From an uncultured Actinomycetes bacterium (GTDB taxonomy: Bacteria > Actinomycetota > UBA4738 > HRBIN12), in contig CAVZUW010000015.1 of assembly GCA_963778545.1 (NCBI GenBank), positions 115,825 through 179,824 of the forward strand: a DNA stretch of 64,000 nt, written 5' to 3'. The notes below the pieces were generated by a model, which was not told where the DNA came from, made no database searches, and worked only from the letters and a program-made list of their open reading frames with translations. The first letter of the stretch is position 1; every line of letters starts with the position of its first letter. The translations under genes were made by a program, and so were the position numbers. Below, in pieces: positions 16,220 through 26,337 of the stretch.

Positions 16220-17261
16220 ATGCGCCGTTCCCGATCCGGGAAGGGGTACAGGCGCACCAGATGGCACGAGCCCACGTGGAGCACGCGCTCACCGACTGGG
16301 GGTCCCGACGGGCCCATCGATCCGGAAGCGACCAGCGTCGAGGTCTCCCAGCAGGTCGTCGGACGCTCTCCATGGGAGCTGTTCTGGCGCCGCTTCCGCA
16401 GGGACAAGTTCGCGCTCGGCGGCGCGTTCATCGTGATCATCATGTTCGCGATCGCGCTCCTGTCGCCCGTGCTCGCGAGCCTCACGCACGGACCCGAACG
16501 AGGTGCACCTGGACCCGCTCGACTCGTTCGGGATCCCGACGGGTCCGCAGACCGGGTTCCCGTTCGGCGTCGACACGGCCGGTCGCGACCTGATGGTCCG
16601 CGTCGCCTACGGCGCCCGCACGTCCCTGTTCATCGCGTTCTTCGCGACCGGGATCGCCACCGTGATCGGCGTGACCCTGGGGATGCTCGCCGGCTTCTAC
16701 CGCGGCAAGATCGACACCGTGATCTCCAGGACGATCGACATCGTCCTGTCCCTGCCGGTGCTGCTGCTGGCGCTCGGGCTCGTCTCGGCGTGCGGGCTCT
16801 CGCCCAACGGCTGTCTCGGCGGGATCATCAAGCCGGGACTGTTGCTCGTCAGCTACGTGATCGGCCTGTTCAGCTGGCCCTACATCGCCCGTATCGTGCG
16901 CGGGCAGGTGCTGTCCCTGCGCGAGAAGGAGTTCATCGAGTCGGCCCGTTCGCTGGGCTCGACCAACCGCCGGATCATGTTCCGCGAGGTGCTCCCGAAC
17001 GTGGCCGCGCCGATCATCGTCTACACGACGCTGATCATCCCGAACAACATCCTGTTCGAGGCGGCCCTGTCGTTCCTGGGGATCGGCGTCCCGCAGGAGA
17101 CGCCCTCCTGGGGGCGGCAGCTGTCCGACGCGGGCTCGATCTTCACGGTGGCCTGGTGGATGATGCTGTTCCCCGGGCTGTTCCTGTTCTTCACCACGCT
17201 CGCCTTCAACCTGGTCGGGGACGGGCTCCGAGACGCCCTCGATCCCAGGACGGGCGGCTGA
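16220..17261 (+). pseudogene. Peptide ABC transporter permease (OppC/DppC-like); +1 frameshift near 16494; start uncertain (ATG 16220, or ATG 16261 with a further shift)
   Basis: SPWELFWRRFRRDKFALGGAFIVIIMF...LTHGP is followed after a frame hop by NEVHLDPLDSFGIP...GRDLMVRVAYGARTSL. The EAA-like region SARSLGSTNRRIMFREVLPN is present. Confidence 0.75.
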
Positions 17262-17390
17262 CCGTATCTAGTCGGGAGGCAGCTTTCCTGAAAGGAGGGG
17301 GAAGGCCCGGCGTGCCTGAAGAGGGGTAGATGGACCGGGCTCGGCCCGGGAAACGGTTAGGGAAACTCAGGACAAGGAGAGGGGGGTTAC

Positions 17391-19275
17391 GTGAGGCGAT
17401 ATCTCAGCGTACTGGCGCTCGTCGCGGTACTCGGTCTGGTCGCCGCGGCATGCGGCGGCGACGACGGTGGTGGAACCGGGGCTTCCGGTGCCACGTCGGC
17501 GACCGGCGCGAGCGGCGAGCTCCAGCCTGGCGGCACCGTCGAGCTCGCGATGCTCGGCGACGTGAGTGCCGCGTTCGACCCGCAGAAGGAGTACTACTCG
17601 GTGACCTGGGAGTGGTACCGGTGCTGCTTGCTCCGGACGCTCCTGTCGTACAACGGTAGGACCACTGCCGAGGGCGGCGCCGACCTGCAGCCCGACATCG
17701 CGAGCGCGTTGCCGGAGATCTCGTCGGACGGCCTGACCTACACGTTCACGCTGAAGAGCGGCGTGGCGTATGGGGATCCGTTCGGGGACGTCAGCGTCAC
17801 GTCCGGGGACATCGTTCGCGCGCTCGAGCGCGAGTCCGACCCCGACGCGTCGGTGGGCGGCTACAACTTCTACTACAACGTCATCGACGGGTTCGCCGAC
17901 TTCGGCGCCGGGCAAGGCCGATTCGATCAAGGGCCTCGAGACGCCGGACGACAGCACCCTCGTGGTCACGCTGAGCGAGCCGGCCGGCTACCTGCCGTAC
18001 CTGTTCGCGATGGCCGCATCCGCTCCGATCCCGCCGAACGGCGACGCGCCGCTCGGAGCGGCGGAGGGGCACACGCGGGACTACGGCCGCTTCCTGGTGG
18101 CCACGGGGCCGTACCAGTTCCTCGGTTCGGAGAACATGGACTTCTCGGTGCCGGCCGACGAGCAGACGCCGGTCGCCGGGTACGAGCCCGGCAAGTCGAT
18201 CCAGCTCGTGCGCAACCCGAACTACGACCCGGCCACGGACGGGCTCCGTCCCGCCTACCCGGACGGGTTCAACATCTCGATCGGCGGCGACAACAACGAC
18301 CTGTACAACAAGGTGCAGGCCGGCGAGCTCGACGGCGTGGTCGACGGCATCGTGCCGCCGAATGTGCTGCGTTCGTACTCGACCGACCCGACGCTGCAGC
18401 CGCTGCTGCACATCAACCCGTCGGACGCGGTTCGGTACATCTCGTTCAACCTCGCGGAACCACCGTTCGACGACATCCACATCCGGAAGGCGGTCAACCT
18501 CGCGTTGGACAAGGCTGGGATGCGGACGTTCCGAGGCGGTGAGTCCGTCGGTGAGATCGCGGGTCACATCATGGTGAACTCGCTCGAGGACAACCTCCTC
18601 GCCGACTACGACCCCTACGCCACGCCGAACTCGGCGGGTGACGTCACGGCTGCTCAGGCGGAGATCGCCCAGTCGAAGTACGACACCGACGGCGATGGCG
18701 TGTGTGACGCGCCGGAGTGTTCGAACATCCTGGCTGCGACCGACGAGGCCGATCCCTACCCGGACCAGGCTGCGCTGATCCAGCAGAACATGGAGCCGCT
18801 CGGTCTGACGTTCGACGTGAAGTCCTTCGAGCGGACCACGATGTACGCCAAGTGCAACGAGCCCGAGGCGCACGTCGCGATCTGCCTGGCTCCCGCGTGG
18901 GGCAAGGACTTCCCGGACGGGTACACGTTCGCGGACCCGCTGTTCGGTTCGGCCGCCATCTTCCCGAGCTGCTGCAACTACCAGCTCCTCGGGGCGAGCG
19001 CGGACCTGCTGTCGAAGGCCGGCTACACCATCACGGATGTCCCGTCGGTCGACGACCAGATCAAGACCGCGAACCAGCAGACGGGTGACGCCCGGTTCCA
19101 GGGATGGGCGGACCTCGACACGACGCTGATGGAAGACGTGGTTCCATGGGCGCCGTACCTGTTCGACAACAACGTCGACATCACGTCGGCGCGGATCATC
19201 AACTACTCGTTCGACCAGTTCGCCGGCCTGGCCGCGTACGACCAGTACGCGATCTCGCCCGACGCCCAGTCATAG
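17391..19275 (+). pseudogene. Peptide ABC transporter substrate-binding lipoprotein (family 5); +1 frameshift near 17912
   Basis: An SD (AAGGAGAGGGG) precedes the start. The lipobox is LGLVAAAC. The frame hops at FADFGAG|KADSIKGLETPDDSTLVVTL. It has the typical length and layout of a family-5 SBP. Confidence 0.8.
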
Positions 19276-19341
19276 ACAAGGGCCGAGGGAGAGCACGGAG
19301 CAAGGGCAGGGAACCGCAAGAACGAGGCAGGATGACGAAGG

Positions 19342-19374
19342 GGGAGGGGCCGCTCCGCAGGAGCGGCCCCTCCC
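19342..19374 (+). terminator. Perfect 15-bp GC-rich stem-loop after the SBP gene (intra-operon attenuator or mRNA stabiliser)
   Basis: GGGAGGGGCCGCTCC-gca-GGAGCGGCCCCTCCC. There is no U-tract. A TAGACT hexamer at 19386-19391 follows, before the next gene. Confidence 0.5.
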
Positions 19375-19402
19375 ACCAGGTGGAGTAGACTCCGGGGGCG
19401 CG

Positions 19403-20374
19403 ATGGGCAGGTATCTGATCCGGCGGGTGCTGTTCATGATCCTGGTGCTGTTCGTCGTGTCCCTGATCACGTTCATCATCTTCGTGAAGCTCCCCGCCAG
19501 CGACCCGGCTCGCCGGGCGGCGGGCCGGCAGACGACCCCGGAGAACGTCGCGGCGGCCCGGCACGCGTTCGGGCTCGACCGCCCCCTCTACGTCCAGTAC
19601 GGACGGTTCGCCAAGGGACTGATCCCCTGGCCGGGGCTGTTCCTCAACGAGGACGTCTACTACTCGTACTCGAACTTCGTCCCGGTGAAGGAGGAGATCT
19701 TCAGCCGCCTGCCGGTCACGATCACGCTCGCCGTCGGGGCGGCCGTCACGTGGGTCCTGATCGGGATCCCGATCGGGATCATCTCGGCGGTCAAACGCGG
19801 GAGCGTCTGGGACCGGACGTCGATGGTGTTCGCGCTCATCGGGGTGTCGGCGCCGGTGTTCTGGCTCGCCTACCTGTTCCTGTACGTCTTCTGGTTCAAG
19901 TTAGGGTGGGCGCCGCCGTCGGGGATCCCGATCGGCGAATCGGTGATCCAGGCGGTGTTCTCGGGCGTCTTCATCCTCCCGTGGCTGGTCCTGTCGCTGA
20001 CGTTCGCGGCGTTCTACGCGCGGATGGTCCGCGGGAACCTGATCGAGACGATGGGTGAGGACTACATCCGGACCGCGCGCGCCAAGGGCCTGTCCGAGAA
20101 GCGCGTGATCTACAAGCACGGACTGCGCGCCGCGCTGACGCCGGTCGTCACGATGTTCGGTCTGGACCTCGCGACGCTGCTCGGGGGCGCGTTCATCACC
20201 GAGACCGTGTTCAACCTGCCGGGCATCGGCCAGTACGCGGTGCGGAGCATCTTCACCAACGACTTCCCCTCCGTGATGGGGGTCACCCTGTTCGGGGCGT
20301 TCTTCATCGCGCTCGCGAACCTGTGCGTGGACATCGCGTACGCGTTCCTCGACCCTCGGGTGAGGTACACGTAG
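19403..20374 (+). CDS. Peptide ABC transporter permease (OppB/DppB-like)
   Basis: 323 aa starting MGRYLIRRVLFMILVLFVVSLITFIIF. The EAA motif is YIRTARAKGLSEKRVIYKHGLRAALTP. Confidence 0.85.
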   Translation: MGRYLIRRVLFMILVLFVVSLITFIIFVKLPASDPARRAAGRQTTPENVAAARHAFGLDRPLYVQYGRFAKGLIPWPGLFLNEDVYYSYSNFVPVKEEIFSRLPVTITLAVGAAVTWVLIGIPIGIISAVKRGSVWDRTSMVFALIGVSAPVFWLAYLFLYVFWFKLGWAPPSGIPIGESVIQAVFSGVFILPWLVLSLTFAAFYARMVRGNLIETMGEDYIRTARAKGLSEKRVIYKHGLRAALTPVVTMFGLDLATLLGGAFITETVFNLPGIGQYAVRSIFTNDFPSVMGVTLFGAFFIALANLCVDIAYAFLDPRVRYT

Positions 20375-21390
20375 TGGCGGAACCGCTCCTCGAGGTCAAG
20401 AACCTCAGCGTCCACTTCCCGACCGACGACGGACTGGTGAAAGCCGTCGACGGCGTCTCGTTCTCGCTGCTCCCCGGCGAGACGCTCGGGGTCGTCGGGG
20501 AGTCGGGCTCCGGCAAGAGCGTCTCGTTCCTCACGGTGATGGGGCTCATCGACACCAAGCGGGCCATCATCGAGGGCGAGATCATCTTCCAGGGCCAGGA
20601 CCTGCTGACGCTCCCCCCCGACGAGATGCGCACGGTGCGCGGCGAGAAGATCTCGATGATCTTCCAGGACCCGATGACGTCGCTGCATCCCTACTACAAG
20701 GTCGGCGATCAGATCGCCGAGGCCGTCCGCGTCCACCAGCAGGTCTCGAAGCAGGAGGCGCACGAGCAGGCCGTCGAGATGCTCCGCCGGGTCGGGATCC
20801 CTCGCCCCGACGAACGCGCCGACCAGTACCCGCACGAGTTCTCCGGCGGCATGCGGCAGCGAGCGATGATCGCGATGGCGCTCTCGCTGAACCCGGACCT
20901 GCTGATCGCCGACGAGCCCACGACGGCGCTCGACGTGACGGTCCAGGCTCAGATCCTCGACCTGCTCGACCGGCTGAAGCAGGAGTTCAACGCGGCGATC
21001 GTGATCGTCACGCACGACCTCGGCGTGGTGGCCGAACACTGCGACCACATCCAGGTGATGTACGCGGGCAAGATCGTCGAGGCAGGCGACCGTCGCGACA
21101 TCTACTACGGGGCGCACCACCCCTACACCTGGGGCCTCCTGGCGTCGATCCCTCGGCTGAACGACAGCGACGTCAAGGAGCGGCTGGTCCCGATCCGTGG
21201 GCTCCCGCCCTCCCTGATCTTCGTCCCACCCGGCTGCGCCTTCCATCCGCGCTGCCCCCACGTGTTCGACCGGTGCCGAACGGAGGTCCCCGAGCTGCTC
21301 CCCGCGGACGGCCATCACGCGTCCCGGTGCCACCTGTCGCTCGCCGACAAGGAGCGCATCTTCCAGGAGGAGGTCATGGCCCGCTCGTGA
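20374..21390 (+). CDS. Peptide ABC transporter ATP-binding protein (OppD/DppD-like)
   Basis: The GTG start overlaps the upstream TAG (TAGTG). Motifs are [35 protein letters not shown], and the C-terminal oligopeptide domain CAFHPRC. Confidence 0.85.
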   Translation: MAEPLLEVKNLSVHFPTDDGLVKAVDGVSFSLLPGETLGVVGESGSGKSVSFLTVMGLIDTKRAIIEGEIIFQGQDLLTLPPDEMRTVRGEKISMIFQDPMTSLHPYYKVGDQIAEAVRVHQQVSKQEAHEQAVEMLRRVGIPRPDERADQYPHEFSGGMRQRAMIAMALSLNPDLLIADEPTTALDVTVQAQILDLLDRLKQEFNAAIVIVTHDLGVVAEHCDHIQVMYAGKIVEAGDRRDIYYGAHHPYTWGLLASIPRLNDSDVKERLVPIRGLPPSLIFVPPGCAFHPRCPHVFDRCRTEVPELLPADGHHASRCHLSLADKERIFQEEVMARS

Positions 21391-22463
21391 GCGTCGAGGT
21401 CACCGAACGATCGGAGCCCCAACCGGCGACCGAGCAGACCCCGCTCGTGCGCATCCGCGGCCTGCGCAAACTCTTCCCGATCACCCGCGGGATCCTGTTC
21501 CAGAAGCGGATCGGCGACGTGCACGCGGTCGACGGCGTGGATCTGGAGATCTTCAAGGGCGAGACGATGGGGCTGGTCGGGGAGACGGGGTGCGGGAAGT
21601 CGACGCTCGCCCGCGTCGTGATGCGCCTGTACGAGGCGACCGAAGGGACGATCGAGTTCGAGGGGCAGGACATCACGGACGCCAAGGGCGGCGATCTCCG
21701 GGACCTCCGCCGCGAGATGCAGATGATCTTCCAGGACCCGTTCGCCTCGCTGAACCCGCGCAAGACCGTGGGCTCGATCATCGGGGCCCCGTACCGGCTC
21801 CACAAGGTCGTGCCCCGCAACAAGATCAAGACCGAGGTCCAGCAGCTGATGGAGCTCGTGGGTCTGAACCCCGAGCACTTCAACCGGTACCCCCACGAGT
21901 TCTCGGGCGGCCAACGCCAGCGGATCGGAGTCGCGCGCGCGCTCGCCCTGCGACCCAAGCTGATCGTGTGCGACGAGCCGGTCTCGGCGCTCGACGTCTC
22001 GATCCAGGCCCAGGTGCTCAACCTGCTCGAGGACCTGCAGGAGGAGTTCAACCTCACGTACCTGTTCATCGCGCACGACCTGTCGGTCGTGAAGCACGTC
22101 TCGGACCGCGTCGCCGTGATGTACCTCGGCAAGATCGTCGAGATGGCCGTCGGGCAGACGCTCTACCGGAACCCCAAGCACCCGTACTCGGGCGCGCTGC
22201 TCTCGGCGGTTCCGATCGCGGACCCGGACCTCGCGGCCGCGAAGAAGCGCATCATCCTGGAAGGCGACGTCCCGAGCCCGATCGACCCGCCTTCGGGCTG
22301 CCGGTTCCACCCCCGGTGCCCGAACGCACAGTTCCCCAAGTGCAGCGAGGACGAGCCGGAGCTCCTGCCGCACCACCCCGGCCAGGTCGCGGCGTGCCAC
22401 TTCCCGCTCGAGGACCGCGCGATCATCGATACCTCGGCGGACGGCGTCGAGCCGGTAGACTGA
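21387..22463 (+). CDS. Peptide ABC transporter ATP-binding protein (OppF/DppF-like)
   Basis: GTGA overlap with the upstream gene. Motifs are GETGCGKST, FSGGQRQRIGVARAL, LIVCDEPVSALD and CRFHPRC. Confidence 0.85.
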   Translation: MSVEVTERSEPQPATEQTPLVRIRGLRKLFPITRGILFQKRIGDVHAVDGVDLEIFKGETMGLVGETGCGKSTLARVVMRLYEATEGTIEFEGQDITDAKGGDLRDLRREMQMIFQDPFASLNPRKTVGSIIGAPYRLHKVVPRNKIKTEVQQLMELVGLNPEHFNRYPHEFSGGQRQRIGVARALALRPKLIVCDEPVSALDVSIQAQVLNLLEDLQEEFNLTYLFIAHDLSVVKHVSDRVAVMYLGKIVEMAVGQTLYRNPKHPYSGALLSAVPIADPDLAAAKKRIILEGDVPSPIDPPSGCRFHPRCPNAQFPKCSEDEPELLPHHPGQVAACHFPLEDRAIIDTSADGVEPVD

Positions 22464-22469
22464 CGGGCC

Positions 22470-22697
22470 ATGTTCAACGTCATCGCACTCGTGCTCTGCG
22501 TGCTCTCGAGCCTGTTCCTGATCGTGTTCATCCTGTTGCACTCGGGCAAGGGGAGCGGCCTGTCGGACATGTTCGGCGGCACCTCCAGCCTGTCCGGGGG
22601 GACCGCCCTCGAGCGACGCCTCGACAAGATCACGGTGGTCACGGCCATCGTGTTCGGGCTGTCGACGTTCTGGCTCTCCTGGAAGTGGGGCGGCTGA
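22470..22697 (+). CDS. secG: Preprotein translocase subunit SecG
   Basis: 75 aa with two TM helices and the typical LLHSGKGSGLSDMFGG motif. Confidence 0.85.
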   Translation: MFNVIALVLCVLSSLFLIVFILLHSGKGSGLSDMFGGTSSLSGGTALERRLDKITVVTAIVFGLSTFWLSWKWGG

Positions 22698-22738
22698 CCG
22701 GTCCGCACCGGCCCGGTTGCTAGAATCGCCGGGCTCCC

Positions 22739-22825
22739 GTCGGAGTGGCGGAACTTGGTAGACGCGCTAGGTTGAGGGCCTAGTGACCTTCACGGGTCGT
22801 GGGGGTTCAAATCCCCCCTCCGACA
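22739..22825 (+). tRNA. tRNA-Leu (anticodon GAG), long variable arm, CCA not encoded
   Basis: Acceptor stem gtcggag/ctccgac plus discriminator a. D-arm gcggaacttggtagacgc. Anticodon stem ctagg/cctag with loop ttGAGgg. T-arm ggggg-ttcaaat-ccccc. Confidence 0.85.
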
Positions 22826-23019
22826 CTCAACTACCAGCAGAAACGCAACGAGCCCCGGAAGCCACTTCGGCCTCCGGGGCTTCACATTGCTGTCGTCTTC
22901 GCAGGTTAGAAGGACCTAAGGCCGACGGAGTTGACAATGTAGGTCATCTGGGGGAGGTTTCGGTTCCGTTCAACGGGTCGCGGAGGTCGTCGCGGCGCCC
23001 CCTCGAGGAGGAATCGCCG

Positions 23020-25263
23020 ATGAGAAGCTCCTGGGACCGCCGCCGATCGCTCAGCACCAAGATCCGTGTCGTCGCTACGGCGGCCGCCCTCGTCATACTT
23101 GCGGCCACCGCTGCGATCGCGGCTCCGGGCGTCACACCGTCCTCCGTGGAGACGACGCTCGCGGCCGGCGGATCGACGGTCGTCCCGAAGTCGGTCGAGA
23201 CGCCCACCATCTCGCCGCGTCCCGACATCATCTTCCTCGCCGACACGACGGGCTCGATGGGAGCCGCGATCGCCAACGTCAAGAGCCAGATCGGCAACAT
23301 CATCAGTCAGGTCCGGACGTCGCAGCCGGAGGCGCAGTTCGGCGCGGCGCAGTACAAGGACGAGGGTGACGTCTTCGTCTACCAGCTCGACGCAGCGCTC
23401 GGGAGCAGCGATGCCGCGGTGACCAGCGGCGTGAATTCGTGGGCGGCATCAGGCGGTGGCGATACACCCGAAGGTCAGATCTCTGCGCTTTACCACCTCG
23501 CGACCGACTCGAACGTCGGCTGGCGCGATGGCGCCAGCCACATCATCGTTCAGTTCGGGGACGCGCCCGGCCACGACCCCAGCGAGACGCGCACCCTGGC
23601 GCAGGTGATCGGACTGTTCACGGGCTCGCTCGACGTCCGCTACCTCGGGATCGACGTCGCTGCCTTGGACTCGACGGGTCAGGCGACCGCGCTCGCCAAC
23701 GAGACCGGTGGACTGGTCCTGCCGGCGAGCGGCGATGTCTCCGATGCGATCCTCGACGGGCTCCAGAGCATCGACGCGACCGTCACACCGACCACCAGCG
23801 TCGATACCTGTGACCCCGCGCTCACGATCTCGTGGGCCCCGCCGCAGGCCACGGTCGAGTCCGGCAGCACAGCGCTGTTCGACGAGACGATCGCCGTCTC
23901 TCCCGGCGCCACGCCCGGAGCCACCCTCACCTGCGAGGTCACCTTCCTCGTGAACGGTGGGTCCGACGCGGACTTCGTGGAGACGAACACGATCCACGTC
24001 GAGGGCAGTGGGCCGGGCGCGCCCACACTCGAGCAGGCGCTCGCCGGCAACCACGAGGTCGGACTCCGCTGGTCAGCGCCAGAGGGCGATGGTCCGATCA
24101 CGAAGTACACGGTGTACGCCGACCCCTGCCCGCCGGCGAACGGCGAAGGGCCATGCATCGTGCTCGACAACGTGTCGCCGAACCCGAACTCGGGGAGCAC
24201 GTTCAACTACGTCATCGGAGGACTCACCAACGGGGTGACGTACACGTTCACCGTGACGGCCTCGAACGGCGAGGCCGAGGGTCCTCCCTCGAACGAGCTC
24301 TCCGCAACCCCGACGGCCTCGGCGGACACCGACACCATCGGGGCCAATGGGAGGGGCACGGTCGACACGGGCTTCGCCGGCGGCGCGAACTCGAGCGGCC
24401 CCAGTTGTACGGATCCGTCGTCGCCCAACTGCAAGAACATCGTGGCCCGATACTCCCTTGTCGATCGGAAGAACGTCGGAGCGGTGATCGGCCTCGCCTC
24501 GGTCCCCAATGAACAGACGCCCGGCGGTCCGATCGCGTGCCTAGAGTTCATGTTCGCGATCAACAGGGTCGCTGCATCGCCTGACTGCGAGCCCGTCGCG
24601 GGCAAGGCCCTCCTGTCGATCTACCCGACCAATGTGACGACCCTGGCGAGACCGCACTTCGCCTTCGAGCAGGACGACGCAACCGTGACGACGATGGCGT
24701 TCGGAGCGCCCTGCTTGCAGCTGGTGACCAACGCGAACGGGACCCCCAAGGTCGCGACGAACGGCGACCCGATCTGCAAGAGTCCGAACTTCCCGAGCGT
24801 TTTTGGTCCGAGTCCCATCAAGACGAACATCTGCCCGGACGGCATCGGCTGGACGCCGACGAAGCCCTGCGCCCACGTGTACTACAAGGTCGAGAGGATC
24901 GACGGCTACGACCTCTCTCCCGCCGATTGCGCGGGCACGTGGCCGAACTGCACGTGGGGGACGCTGGCCAACCCGAAGGCGAGGCGGCCAGTGCAGTGCA
25001 CCTCCGGATCGACGTGTGGGAAAGAGGTCATCATCGGCTCATCGGTCGCGGCAGGCATCAAGCTGGCTTCGGGCCAATACGCCGTCCGGCCATGGTGCCA
25101 GGGTCCCCAACCCGGCGACGATGTCGTGGCTCCGTTCATCAAGTGGCTCCCGTGCGATCTTCTCGTCGTGTGGCTCAACGGCGTGAAGTCGACCAGCGTC
25201 CACTTCCGCGACGTGGTGTGGACGGACCTTGAGGTGAACGACCCAGGAGGGGCACGGCATTAA
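23020..25263 (+). CDS. Secreted VWA - fibronectin type III - Cys-rich C-terminal domain protein
   Basis: An SD (GAGGAGGA) precedes the start. The signal peptide is RVVATAAALVILAATAAIAAPG. The VWA MIDAS site is IIFLADTTGSMG, with GGGDTPEG and FGDAPGHD. The FN3 domain is EVGLRWSAPEGDGPITKYTVYADP...GVTYTFTVTASNGEAEGPPS. The last ~310 aa carry 14 Cys and no motif I recognise. Confidence 0.75.
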   Translation: MRSSWDRRRSLSTKIRVVATAAALVILAATAAIAAPGVTPSSVETTLAAGGSTVVPKSVETPTISPRPDIIFLADTTGSMGAAIANVKSQIGNIISQVRTSQPEAQFGAAQYKDEGDVFVYQLDAALGSSDAAVTSGVNSWAASGGGDTPEGQISALYHLATDSNVGWRDGASHIIVQFGDAPGHDPSETRTLAQVIGLFTGSLDVRYLGIDVAALDSTGQATALANETGGLVLPASGDVSDAILDGLQSIDATVTPTTSVDTCDPALTISWAPPQATVESGSTALFDETIAVSPGATPGATLTCEVTFLVNGGSDADFVETNTIHVEGSGPGAPTLEQALAGNHEVGLRWSAPEGDGPITKYTVYADPCPPANGEGPCIVLDNVSPNPNSGSTFNYVIGGLTNGVTYTFTVTASNGEAEGPPSNELSATPTASADTDTIGANGRGTVDTGFAGGANSSGPSCTDPSSPNCKNIVARYSLVDRKNVGAVIGLASVPNEQTPGGPIACLEFMFAINRVAASPDCEPVAGKALLSIYPTNVTTLARPHFAFEQDDATVTTMAFGAPCLQLVTNANGTPKVATNGDPICKSPNFPSVFGPSPIKTNICPDGIGWTPTKPCAHVYYKVERIDGYDLSPADCAGTWPNCTWGTLANPKARRPVQCTSGSTCGKEVIIGSSVAAGIKLASGQYAVRPWCQGPQPGDDVVAPFIKWLPCDLLVVWLNGVKSTSVHFRDVVWTDLEVNDPGGARH

Positions 25264-25491
25264 GCCCCGAACTGGGGCCTCGGATGATCGACCGGCCGGC
25301 CTGCGAGAAGGATGGCGCCGACTCCGCTTCGCAACGCGCGCGCACAGACGTTAGCTCCAGAATTCGCCGATCCGGTCGGCCCGCTCGAGGTCGGCTCTCC
25401 ACCGCCCGGCTCGCCGTGCGGTGCGGGCTCTCGGCGCGCCTCACGCAGCACCCCGACGAGGACAGCCCCGAGGGTGTGCAGAGTTCGGTCC

Positions 25492-26169
25492 TTACACCAA
25501 CGCCACGATGATCCGCTCCAGCAGGACGAACCCGAACGCCCCGACCACGCCGACGGCGGCCACGCCGAGGAGCGCGTTCAGTCGCCGGCCACGCTCCTTC
25601 ACGAACACCCACGCCAGCACGACGCCGCCGACGACGAGCGCTGCGGCCACGCCAACGTCGATCAGGCGATAGGGCTCGGCCCCGAAGTTCGTCCTCCAGA
25701 CCCTGCGGGTGTACAGCAGGAACAGCCCCTCCGCCACGAGCATCGCCCCGGGCAGGATGACTGCGACGAGCGGCGGGTGCTCCCGGCGCGTCGAGATCGC
25801 CGCACCGCACGCGCCCACGACGGGTCCGGCGACGAGCGCCACCACCGTCCACACGACCTTCAGCTCGCCGACGGCGTAGGCGCGGACTCCGGCGCCGGCG
25901 TAGTACGTCGCGACGCCCACGACGAGCGCGACCGCGCCGGCGAGCGCGCCTTGCCTCGGCGACGTCGCCCGGTACCCGACGACGAAAGCCGCGAGCGCCC
26001 ACGGCGCCGCGATGCTCCCCAGGAGCGTGAACAGCCGACCGGGCAGGGTCCCGTCCGCGAGCAATGAGAGGACACCGAGCGCGACCCCAACGACGACCGC
26101 GACAACGAGCACCCCTCGCCGCCTCGGGATCGGCGGGTCCTCCTTGCGTTCCGTCGTCCCGACCGTCAT
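25492..26169 (-). CDS. Hypothetical integral membrane protein (about 6 TM)
   Basis: 225 aa counted from the internal ATG at 26169 (MTVGTTERKEDPPIPRRRGVLVVAVVVG...). The upstream part of the longer ORF is Arg/Pro-rich junk. A TAGGCT hexamer lies 10 nt upstream. Confidence 0.6.
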   Translation of the reverse strand: MTVGTTERKEDPPIPRRRGVLVVAVVVGVALGVLSLLADGTLPGRLFTLLGSIAAPWALAAFVVGYRATSPRQGALAGAVALVVGVATYYAGAGVRAYAVGELKVVWTVVALVAGPVVGACGAAISTRREHPPLVAVILPGAMLVAEGLFLLYTRRVWRTNFGAEPYRLIDVGVAAALVVGGVVLAWVFVKERGRRLNALLGVAAVGVVGAFGFVLLERIIVALV

Positions 26170-26337
26170 CGCGCTTCCGAGCCTAACGCCCGCCAAGTGA
26201 CCGGGAGAGCTCATTCCGCCTGACGCAGCATCCCGACCAGCACCGGCCCGCAGCGGTCGGTGGCGGTCAGGCGCCGGCACGGTGGATGACCGTAGCCTCA
26301 TCGAGTGGCCAGAGCCTCGATCCGAAGGAGGGATCCG

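Noticed and set aside
16192-16221. TTGCCT-N18-TAAGAT, a promoter-like pair upstream of the peptide ABC operon.
   Set aside because: The -10 overlaps the only in-frame ATG (16220), so promoter and start call are mutually incompatible. The alternative is that translation starts at ATG 16261 in another frame, which would need a further frameshift. I cannot resolve this from sequence alone.
22931-22960. A perfect TTGACA -35 hexamer upstream of the VWA gene.
   Set aside because: No TAnnnT or TATAAT-like hexamer lies 16-19 nt downstream (gaggtt and aggttt only), so I cannot support a promoter call.
25264-25491. A 228-bp gap between the convergent VWA and membrane-protein genes, including an AT-richer stretch with a GAATTC site. 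I examined it for a small gene, a gene remnant or an ncRNA.
   Set aside because: No frame gives a protein-like translation, there is no convincing structure beyond a weak 5-bp hairpin after the TAA, and I recognise no RNA motif.
25438-26260. An imperfect ~35-nt direct repeat (cgcctcacgcagcaccccgacgaggacagccccg versus cgcctgacgcagcatcccgaccagcaccggcccg). The two copies flank the 6-TM membrane protein gene, which could suggest an insertion or duplication scar.
   Set aside because: The match is only about 28 of 35 positions. By my rough estimate, a match of this quality is expected by chance once or more among all pairwise positions in 64 kb of biased composition. There are no further flanking similarities.
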